In this document: positions 21,230 to 30,979 of the stretch, piece after piece
How positions within the stretch are numbered: position 1 is the stretch's first letter
Layout: each line of letters opens with the position of its first letter
Assembly (NCBI GenBank): GCA_010093745.1
Contig: MU005963.1
Location: 268,217-332,216 of the forward strand
DNA length: 64,000 bases
From: Piedraia hortae CBS 480.64
Taxonomy: Eukaryota
Direction of reading: 5' to 3'
The notes under the pieces: generated by a model
What the model saw: the letters and a program-made list of their open reading frames with translations, nothing else
Databases searched by the model: none
What the model was told of the DNA's origin: nothing
Made by a program: the position numbers and the translations under genes

Positions 21230-22741
21230 ATGACCATGGACTGTGCAAAGCGCCTGAGGCGTCATCTCACGCGGGCAAAAGCCCGCAGGTCCTCCCGTAG
21301 TACCCTCGACTACCGTTCAGACCACGAGCCTTCCGAGACATTCCAGGACAAGGTTACAGCACTGACGGAGAGCATCGGAGCATTCGACAGCATATTGCTG
21401 CAGCATCGCAAGGGAGGGGGATATAACCGAGTAGTGATTGCCTACTTAAGAAAGAATAATGAGCCTATTGATGGAATCTACCGCATATCACGAGGCAATG
21501 AGAAGCCAAGTGGAATGCCTGTACCTGAGAAGTATCTTGAACATGCGGTTAAGGATCAAGTGGCAGTGCTGCAGCTATTGACAAAACGCAAAATTCCTGT
21601 CCCCAATCTCCTTGCCTTTGATGCAAGCAGAGACAACCCCCTCAACTGTCGCTACACCTTTCTCGAGCTCTCTTCCGTCGTTTGTCTTGAAGACATTTAC
21701 GTCAAAATGACTCTCCCCGAGAGCTTGAATGTCGTAGATGGTGTGGTGGAATACCTACTCGCTGCGGAACGCATCAAGTTTCCTCGCACCGGCACTCTGT
21801 GCGCATCTCAACATCCTGCTGATATGGCGGTCAAGGGCTCGTCCTTTCTTAGCGTCAACCTGCCCGAGTTCCAGGTTGAAGTCAAGGCTTTCGATTCGCC
21901 TCAAGACGTGGAAATAGTAGACTCGTTGGCAGATTGGATATCGAGTATGTTGAAAGCCCAAGTTGATTGGGGACAATATAGAGCGTCCGATTACCGACTT
22001 TCGAATGTCTATGAGATTAACACCGAGATGAAAGCGCACGGCATCTATGGCCTCCGACACAAGACCAGTGTCTCAACCTCAAACAGCATCCTCTACCACT
22101 GAGACCTGTTTCCGCGAAACATTATGGTCGCGCGGCCGAGCTTTCCACAAAACTGGAAAGTCGACATGGTCATTGACTGGGACGTAGTACGGGCTGTTCC
22201 TGCAGTGCTTGCACGACGGCCTCCCATATGGTTACGGGACTCAACAGATGAACATGAAAGAACCCACGTCAGAAGCGACGCCATTGGCATTAGTGACGCT
22301 GATCTCCTTGATCCTTCGCGATACGATCCCGGCAACGGGAGGTTTTTGCCTGACGATCAACAAGTCCGCACCTACTTTGAGGAGCGGCTAATCCAAGGTC
22401 TTGACACCATCTACGAAGGGTACAGCAGGGGTGATTGCTATGAGGAAGCATACGGTAAAGGACGTTGGATTCGTCGCGTCGCTCGCTTCGCCATTCGCGA
22501 TAAACTGGAGTCTATGATCGCTCCAGTCCTCGCGCATCTTGAGGATGACTGGGAAACGTTCAAGAGGGGACACTCAGTGAAACCCCCAAGGTGGCCAATC
22601 TGTGGCATGCCTGGGCCCTGCAGAATGACAGTTACAGAAGCGTGGCGGAAGGAAAATCTTGGCCACGCTGAGCCAACCCGACGAGCCAGACACAACTTCC
22701 CGCTACGGTGGAGATGGCTAGAGAAGCGTGGATTATGGTGA
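21230..22741 (+). pseudogene. APH/choline-kinase-like phosphotransferase with one in-frame TGA (22100-22102) in the catalytic loop
   Basis: 'GGGYNRV', 'QVAVLQLL...IPVPNLLAFDASRDNPL', then 'ILYH*DLFPRNIMV' and 'VIDWD...RRPPIWL'. Both ORFs share one frame. Confidence 0.8.
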
Positions 22742-22939
22742 AGCGAGGCACTGATGTAGGCAGATTTATAAGGACAACGAGCACGAGTGGAAACTGAGCC
22801 TTGGCCAGAAGCTTGAAAACCACGATAATGTTCTCAAGTAGACGCCAAGCTCGTCAGTGTTTGATTTCTCACAAGCTAATACTCCCCTCGCGCACCCTTG
22901 TCTCCTTCTTTCGCCCTTTCCTTGGTATCGAGGTGACCC

Positions 22940-24950
22940 CTTCGAATTAAGACGTTGGGGAGACAAGGATGTCCCAGGGAGATGCAGCCATGGGCGCCGA
23001 CGGACACCATCCAATCATGAATCAACTGTACGTGAATCGCTTAAATTTTTCTCCCACTTCTCCTCTTTTTAATTACCTGATTTTTCAGCGATATAACGAC
23101 ACCAGATCCAGTAAGCAACGGGTCGTGCGCCGCTACCTTCGCCAAAATGGCTGCCTCCGTACGTTTAGAATCGTATTCAGTAAGCCCATACTCGCTATGC
23201 TTTTCTGGCATCCATTTCAAGACCATCGAGACGAGGCGGTCAAAGTCATTGCACATGTGCAGCCTACGGCATTTAGCCATCCTTTGAGCGTTACGCCTAG
23301 CATCTGATCTTAGAAGGCCGAGATGAAGTCAGTAGCAGTGTCCCGCCGATGGTGCACATGGGGGTTCCATGCACGCCACGTCCTTGAACTGCTTCATGGA
23401 CTCTCCTTTTCCCATGGCCTCGCGATCTTGTTTAGAGTGCCAATGGGTCTCGTGAACATAAGTATCGATGGGCGGGCATGCGTTGAGAGTCAGATCCAGG
23501 ACTCCACCATCAACCAGAGTTGCTTCCAGGAGCAGACTGGCCGTGACCGCGGTGTTAAAACTTTGATACACTGTTACTGGCATCTTAGTGCCTATTGGGA
23601 CAAATCAGGGGAGATTTGGGATATACCAGAGCACATGCCGATAAAAGCTCTTCGTCACATATTCATAGAAGTTAGGCGCAACCGCCGGTTTTCTTTCCTA
23701 GCCTACATATCGTCCCGTTTAGCGGTGATCAATGCTTTCAAAACATTGAACACTTGGGTATGTGCCTGCATGTGTAGGCTTCCCGGGCTTGCAGCCGAAT
23801 GTACCATCCTTAGGTATCCGTAACCTATGCCTCCAATTCTAGTTGACGTAGATTGTTCAGAGCGATAAAGCTCTTGCTCGACCTGGCGCTTATTTATGAT
23901 GAGGAAGGTCCACCTCGAAGTCATCCACCATCGACCTCAAGAAAGTGTGTATGGAAGCTCCTTGTAGACGATGCTGATACTTGGCTCGCGCGAGACCAGC
24001 GTTTACCATAGTGAATGGAATCTGCCTTGTCAAACTTGAAGTCCTTCATCTCTGCATTCCATACCGTAATGGCAAGATTGTAGGACTCCGCATTGCTTGG
24101 GAACTGTTTCTCTGCCATCTTGGGCCCAATGGTAGTCGGCTTTCTCATCAGGCTGATAAAAGTCCACATACTCTCAAATGTGTACCTTCATGAATACACC
24201 AGGACCGAACGGCGCATGCCCAATCGATGTGATAGGACATGGCCAGATTCATGGTGAGCGAACGAGGGACAGGGATGGTGTTTTAGCAGCGGTAGCAGGG
24301 TCGTGCTAGAACGATTGCAGAGTTGATCGTAGCAGCGTGGTGCTAAAGACGATCGTTAAGGCGGAAATCCGGGCTCATAACTATGAGAGAGAACAGAACC
24401 AAGTTGTTATACCCGATCCTCCGGGGCATCGGGTCACTATTTGCATGAATCAAAGGTGGGATGTAGGCATCCCACCAGCAGTCCAAGTGTGAGGGAGATA
24501 GGATGTTCTTAGGAGATACAGCCGCCAAGAGCATGGGCGCCGACGGGCACCGTCCTATGTTTCCCCTGTGGTGTGGTCACTGTTAAATGCGATTCGGGTC
24601 GTGCGGGCTGGGGCAGTCTTGGCACACAAGACTTCACACCACTGTCGTTTAACGTTATCACACTCTGTTCACTGTGCCACCTTATCGCGATTCGAGTAAA
24701 ATGAGTGGATTCCTCCCCATTCCGACACATGTCAGGTTGAATCTGGAGGAAGATCTGGGTGATGTGGTGAAAATACCCAACGATAAATCTGGCAGATTGA
24801 ATTTTTGAAGTTTTCGAGCAGGAGAGATTTTGAGAATAACAGAGATGCCGATAGCGTGGCGACACATGTTTTTGAAAGTCTACTGGAATTTTATGCATCG
24901 GACTAAAAGCCGCAAACTCTGATTGTACTTCTTCGTGGATGTTATTCAAT
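22940..24950 (-). pseudogene. Decayed coding sequence of unknown family, apparently two paralogous remnants
   Basis: Short minus ORFs line up, two of them in frame across a stop (23583-23329 and 23280-23041). A ~60-bp segment is shared between ~22959-23012 and ~24494-24555. Confidence 0.35.
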
Positions 24951-25072
24951 GAGATTAATTACTCGACTTTTCTTGCCTCATCCTTTTTACGGGCCTTGAC
25001 CATGCGTGTGCTTCGTGCCTCCTCTATTACATGATACAAATTTCCCATCTGCTCCTGCTGAACGCCCTGTGA

Positions 25073-26629
25073 TTATTTGTTCATTTGATACTGTATCCAG
25101 CCGCTACCATATGGAATCTTTCGCAACTCTCGCACCTCCTCTTGTAGACTCTCAACTTGGCATTGGAAGAACAGGAGTTGTTGTGAAAGTAGCTGATGCT
25201 GGTTATCCGCTTGCTGTTGCACGCGCTCCAGAGTCTGATTCTTTTTCTGTAACTGTTGGCGCAACTCTTCGATTTCTGCGACTTTACTCGCAATCACTTT
25301 GGCATTGGCCTGATTATTCCTTTCAATTTCAGCATCCTTATCCACACGCACTTGCTGAACTTGTTGCTCCAACTTTTCAATCACTTCATCCTTAGTCGCA
25401 ATCACTTTATTGTTAGCCTGGGCGGTAGAGGTAGCGTTGGCGGCAGTCCTTTGTCTCTTGCTAGATGTCGCCTCAAGATGCTCCTGGGTGATGCCCACTT
25501 GTAGATCGGTTGCATCAGACAGTATGTTCACATAATCCAAGATCCTTTTCTTGTGCAAGACACAAAAGTCTGTGTACAGCTCCTGGATAATTGCAGCAGA
25601 TTTACTACTCATCCTGCGATCTGGATGTCTCCCACCCGGGACGCCATAGTCAGGATTCACTTCAAAGTTTTCGCTGACTTTGATGTCGAAAAACGCGTGG
25701 CAATAGTAGTTGATCTCTTCCTTGTTATCATCCTTGAGATTGAAGTGTCCATAGATTTCAATTTTCTCATGGTTATGCAACGTGCCAAAGCCAAGGATCT
25801 GGCCCTGCAGCTGGTTAACCTCATCGGGTTTGACAGCTTCGCATAACTGAACGATTGCGTCAACATAGGTAGCCGCAGCACCAAGCTCCTGTCTTAGTCC
25901 TTCATCCCATTTGCCGTTGAGGGCCTTCACCTCACACACGAAGAATGGGAAAGACAGCCCTTCCGCGAACATTGCTGGTCTTAAGTGATTGTAATTTTCT
26001 AGTCTTCTCAGTTCCGTTACGGTGAAAACTTTCGGCTTTAAATCGAGAGTGATGTCCGGCCTCGGTCATTTTCCATCCGACAGTCTCCATTCCCAGTCAA
26101 CATCAGGATAATCCTCGATGTTCGTCATTCCAGGGCCCTCATCGGTCAGTATGTCAGCGGGGTGTGGCAAGAAGAGTTTGGTCAACTTTTGAACAAGGTA
26201 GGATTCGTTTAAACGACCGAATTTTTCATTCCTCTCGTCCCACGCTTCAGCAGAATCAAGCCCTGTATCCGGAACGGGCAGATAGAGACCGTTCCCATAC
26301 TTGCTGTACTTTTCCAAGTTTTCCCGCTTCATCAAATTTTGGACGTTCGTTGGAAGCTGAACAATAACCTTTTTGTATTCGTTGATCGGGACTGTGGTTA
26401 TAGACTCTGCAGTCCGCTTTCGGGGGTTGGAAGGTTCGCCCATGCTGGATGGCCAGTTGGATGCTAAAACCCAATGAGCAACGGGGTCATCCGGACCGCT
26501 TATATCAAAAGAACGAATCGAAAGACTTGTAGCAAAGCGTTTCGGGGATCTGTCCGACTCTGATAATGCGTCCCCATCGCGCTTCCGTTTGGTACCGACG
26601 ATTGCAGCTATCTGGTCGGATCCTTCCAT
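25073..26629 (-). pseudogene. Fungal PD-(D/E)xK-like (DUF7924-type) protein with C-terminal coiled coil; one in-frame TGA (26066-26068)
   Basis: 'DPVAHW...WP', then 'GK*PRPDITLDLKPKVFT...FPFFVCEVK...Q...A...LHNHEKIEIYGHF'. The two ORFs are in frame with an open 93-nt bridge. Family assignment is from motif memory. Confidence 0.7.
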
Positions 26630-27760
26630 GCGATGTGCCTATTAAGATTTGGGCGTTTAATGATAGGCCACGAGGTTTCGCTCAGGCGCGCACTTCAGCA
26701 CGTTTGGATCAGATGAGATTGAACTGCGACGCGCCGATCGCGCGCGGGTAAAGTGCGCAGCCATTCCAATTGGCGGCACAGACAGCAAACGACCCGAACC
26801 TACTCCACACTACCCCACCTTTATGGACCGGGATCAATCGAGCGCAGCTGCAGTCATTCCCAATTGGATGGGGTGGCAGGATGCAAAATTGAGGCGCGAC
26901 ATTCATCTCAGCCTGATGACTTCAGGTCTAGGCTCATCCTTCATGTAGCTCCGTAACTAAAGAACTAATTCGTGGGAATAAATTCCTACTCCCCACTAGG
27001 GGTTGAAATGACATTCACGCATCAACCAAGACTATCGAATAGGCATGCGAACCTGCTGTAATGCCTGTAGTGTGGTGCAGAAATCGTCCAATAAAGTCTG
27101 ATGTGCAATGAGTTCTTCCAACCTACCTTTGCACTAACGTAGAGACTTGCAAAAAAGATCCCATTGGTAGAATTTCTCATCCCCGAGAATATCTTGCTTG
27201 TCAGTCTCTACGGTGTGATACACCACTGCGTGCACACATTTTGCTAACAACCTCATACTCGAATAACATCACGCACAGCCAATGTACATAGCCATAAAAA
27301 TCAATCCACTGAAGAGCCCATGTTCATACGATCCGTTTCATCTGCGCTCATCTCCCGGGGTCCATTCCAAAAAATGCACATTCGCAAATCTGACGCCAAT
27401 GCATCCTGAGGTTTCTTACCCATCATTAACGAACCAGCTTGAGTGATTGATGAACATTGAGGTGATCTAAATGCAGAATTCTGGTGGTATGAGATATACA
27501 TATGAACCGTCAAAGATGAGCAACCGTGAAGCCAGGCTCAGTCATCTGCATGGTAGTCGCCGAATTCAGAGACCTTGGACCCGAGTCAACAGGTCGCAGG
27601 ATGGTTTTCTCCATGTTCTGACTTGAGCCACCACGAGTAATGTCGGCAGAATGCTTGTCAAATCTTCCCATTGCAGAAGAAGTGCTCTCGCATCTAACTT
27701 TTCACAGGTGCCTTCGCCTCACAGACCTCCTTTGCATCATGAGATAAGTTATCCAACACT

Positions 27761-30148
27761 TCACAGCGGCGGCAACACCTCCCTACAAATCGGGCACTGC
27801 AGACGAAACTTCATCCATCCCTCCAAACAAGCACTATGAAAAATATGGCGACATGGAGTGACCATATAATTCCTCCTCAGCCCCCGGGCCAAAAGCCCAG
27901 TACCCATCCGCGAGCTCTCGGATCCAGATTGAGCCACCGGTACCGCAAACTCCTGCATACAAATAGCGCAGTCAAACACCCTCTCCCCGTTCTTGACATC
28001 TTTAGCTAGGGATGCGCATCTGCCGGTAGCAGCAGGCGTGTTTAGACTTTGCACGGGAGACAGTGGCGTCGATGGGGTAGCATCGGACCATCCCACGGGC
28101 ATCGTCACACCTTCTTCGTCGTCTCGAAGTAGCGGATAATAGTCGTACGCGGGCGGGACCCAAGACTGCTTGACGAGCCAGCGGGGGTCGAGGAGTTCTT
28201 GAGAAGCGAGTAGGACAATTTGAACCCACATCCACAGTGCTAGGAATGCCATCGTCCATGGTCGTGGTTTGGTGAATAAGACGGTTTGAGGGTAGAGGTA
28301 GAAGTAAGCGATGGGGACAAGTCGTAGGACGCTTTGTCCAAGGACAAATTCCCAGGTGAGTGCCCGCCGACAGTTGCGGTATGCGTTTCGGTAGATCTGG
28401 GGAATCCAAAAGGAGAGATAAAGGGTTACCAGACTTGCGAAGAATCTGCTTCGTGGCACGGGAGACCACGAGATGGCGTTCAGGGTGAGGAAAAAGACAA
28501 CTAGTAGCACGAAGTAGAAGCGAGCGTATAACGAGCCGAAGCTTGCTGTACGGGGCGCCACGGTGTCTTCCGGACCAGCATCGGCCGCAGCCACAGGGGC
28601 CAAGCCTTCCTGGTCAGAGGGCATGAAAACAGCTGGTTCATCTTGCTGGTTACTGGGCGAAGGGGATCGCTCGGCTGATTGAGAAGATCCCGATTCTTCC
28701 AACGCAGCTTCCAGCCTCTCACGGCCTTGTCTGATTTCTTCAGCTCGCTCACGAGCACGTCTTTCCCGCTCAGGCGCCTGGGCATTCCAGACTTCCATCA
28801 TGAATCGCATCCCGAAGAAAGCAATGCTGACCAATGCCAGGAAGGCAGCACTAGCTAGGTTGATCCAGACATGATCTAGAAGACTGCTCAGCATGATGAA
28901 AGCAATCGCTGCAAAGCCGTCTCCCATTCCAAGCATAGCAATTGTGTAGTAGCTGATCCGACTCCGCGTTGACGGCGTATTGGCCTCGCGCATTTGACGA
29001 GTCAACAGCACAAGTTGACAGCCGATCGAAGCACCGAATATGAGTAAGTGGTGGCGGCCTCGGTCATACAGTACTTCATTCTTGGCGCCTACAAGATGGT
29101 TCCCTTCCTGAGGCGCAAAACGAGGCTCCCCTTTAGACTCCAACACATAGCCACAATCAGGCGAAAAGGCCAGCATGGAAAAGCGAAGGTCAGGGAGCGA
29201 GGGCATAATTGCGCCCGTCGGGGACCGAAGTTCACTTTCCAGAAAACTGATAGGGACCGTGGTGGTTGTGGTTTGTTGCTGCAAGTACACGATGAGCTCG
29301 CAGTTTGTGCTATCCAAGAAGTTTTCTGTCTCACTGCTGCGAGAAGCCCAAGGATTTATAGAGGTGATCTGGCCACTGTCTTGGGCTTCAACGACTCTAG
29401 AAATGGATACATTCAGCAAAGCACGCGCACCTTCAAACATGGTGCTAGTCAACGCAAAATGAGGCAGCATGAAGATTCCCGCAAATTTATTACTCGTGGT
29501 GCTTAGGATTATTTGCCCAACATCCTTGAAATGAACTCCGTATAGTTGGATGGAATATTCCGGCCCAATATCAGTTTCTTGCAAAGCCATGTCCGCAGTA
29601 ATTCCCGTGACATTTGACCATCCAACCAGTCCTTTTTCCAGGTCTTTCTCATGAAATCGAAAGCGTGCTTGGCCGTAGGAACTGGTCATATTGCGACCGA
29701 GTTTTCGAGGCGAACGATGTTCTTTGGTGCCATAGTGCGTCAAGTTTAGATGTGGAATCGTAATGTTCTTCTGCACGTCTGAGTGTACCCACTGACCGAG
29801 TACATAGCCCGTGATATTGCGGAACAAGGGCGTTTCCGTCTTTCCATTCGCTAATGCTCGTTCGCCATCTGCACCAAGAGCATAAAGGAATTGCTCTTTG
29901 GCCTGTTGGCGGACCTGCGGCATTGCACTCCAGACGTAACCATTGTCTGCTTCCAGGCCCGTCAAGTTTTTCGGTTCGCCATATGTCGCATTCTGTAAAA
30001 GGCCCAGCATTCGCCGCTCGGTCGCGATTACATGTTCGGCCGTTGGTAGATCATCGGTTTGATTGAGTGCGGACTTCCCTCCATTATCCGGGAGAAGAAT
30101 GAATATGAATAGAAGTAGCGCGAGTACAATGGCTCGTCGGTCGGCCAT
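27761..30148 (-). CDS. TUL1: Transmembrane RING E3 ligase Tul1/Dsc1
   Basis: N-terminal hydrophobic segment, luminal domain with 'FSPDCG', multiple TMs, 'SFWIPQIYRN', and C-terminal RING-H2 'CAIC...YMVTPCRHIFHSACLEGWMKFRLQCPICR'. Confidence 0.93.
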   Translation of the reverse strand: MADRRAIVLALLLFIFILLPDNGGKSALNQTDDLPTAEHVIATERRMLGLLQNATYGEPKNLTGLEADNGYVWSAMPQVRQQAKEQFLYALGADGERALANGKTETPLFRNITGYVLGQWVHSDVQKNITIPHLNLTHYGTKEHRSPRKLGRNMTSSYGQARFRFHEKDLEKGLVGWSNVTGITADMALQETDIGPEYSIQLYGVHFKDVGQIILSTTSNKFAGIFMLPHFALTSTMFEGARALLNVSISRVVEAQDSGQITSINPWASRSSETENFLDSTNCELIVYLQQQTTTTTVPISFLESELRSPTGAIMPSLPDLRFSMLAFSPDCGYVLESKGEPRFAPQEGNHLVGAKNEVLYDRGRHHLLIFGASIGCQLVLLTRQMREANTPSTRSRISYYTIAMLGMGDGFAAIAFIMLSSLLDHVWINLASAAFLALVSIAFFGMRFMMEVWNAQAPERERRARERAEEIRQGRERLEAALEESGSSQSAERSPSPSNQQDEPAVFMPSDQEGLAPVAAADAGPEDTVAPRTASFGSLYARFYFVLLVVFFLTLNAISWSPVPRSRFFASLVTLYLSFWIPQIYRNAYRNCRRALTWEFVLGQSVLRLVPIAYFYLYPQTVLFTKPRPWTMAFLALWMWVQIVLLASQELLDPRWLVKQSWVPPAYDYYPLLRDDEEGVTMPVGWSDATPSTPLSPVQSLNTPAATGRCASLAKDVKNGERVFDCAICMQEFAVPVAQSGSESSRMGTGLLARGLRRNYMVTPCRHIFHSACLEGWMKFRLQCPICREVLPPL

Positions 30149-30623
30149 ATACCGCTCATAGGCTAGATGACAGTTGCCGACTACTGACGTCAAACGGGGC
30201 GGCCCGCGTTCGCGGACACTCTGCTCTGTCGGGACTACACGCAGCTGCTCCTACGGCGCCTGATACTCTGTACAAAGGTGCTGAGTGTACAATCGTCCAG
30301 TAAAACGGCTCAGTTAAAGTTGCAAGATAGCCTCATGCATGTCGCAAGGGACGATCTACGATGACTAATCGGTCACATGCCAGGGTTTGCAGACTGCAGC
30401 GAACAACTTCGATGTCACTCGCATGCCGAATCTCTTCTCGGTATTGCTGAGATTGTGAGTGTGCATCTCTGTGTGTGAGGAAAGAAGGATAGTTGGCCTT
30501 TGCTCAAATTCGCTTCTCTTGGCCCTTCGTTCCAAGTCCAAGCCCGATCTGAAACTCCGTCCCAGTCTGGCATCAGAAGCTGAAACAAAGACCTGATGCA
30601 GCAAGTTTGAAACGCAAAAAAAG

Positions 30624-30695
30624 AGCCCACGCACCGGTTCGAACGATGGACCTTAGGATCTGCAATCCCACGCTCTACCACTGAGCTACGAAGGC
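30624..30695 (-). tRNA. tRNA-Cys (GCA), intronless
   Basis: Cloverleaf GCCTTCG-TA-GCTC AGTGGTA GAGC-G-TGGGA TTGCAGA TCCTA-AGGTC-CATCG TTCGAAC CGGTG-CGTGGGC-T. U73 discriminator; followed by a T7 Pol III terminator. Confidence 0.93.
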
Positions 30696-30979
30696 TTTCT
30701 ATGCATGACAAAGTGTAATTTTGGTCTTATATACGTGGAAACACAATTCGAGATGACGCTACGGCGCTCACTATGCTATCCTGATCATCCTGCCACGACA
30801 CGCCTGCTCAGGGGCTTCGACGTCAAGTTACCCTATTCAAAAGTTCTCTTAGAGAAGTCGAGTCGGCTTACGATCACATATGGAAGAAAGCGATAAAAGA
30901 GAGAGACATCAAACCCATAATTCCTACAAGACAAGCCAACGCCTTCATCCTGATCCTGTTAAGAGCGTTTCTCATCCAA

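Noticed and set aside
22100..26068. Selenocysteine or a reassigned genetic code as explanation for the two in-frame TGAs
   Set aside because: TGA terminates ordinary genes here (ADE2, carrier, YIH1, JAC1), Sec machinery is not known in Dikarya, and neither position is a Cys site.
30624..30695. tRNA-Cys as a pseudogene because of a U5:U68 mismatch and G-U pairs
   Set aside because: A and B boxes, anticodon loop, U73 and terminator are all intact; a single acceptor-stem mismatch is tolerated.
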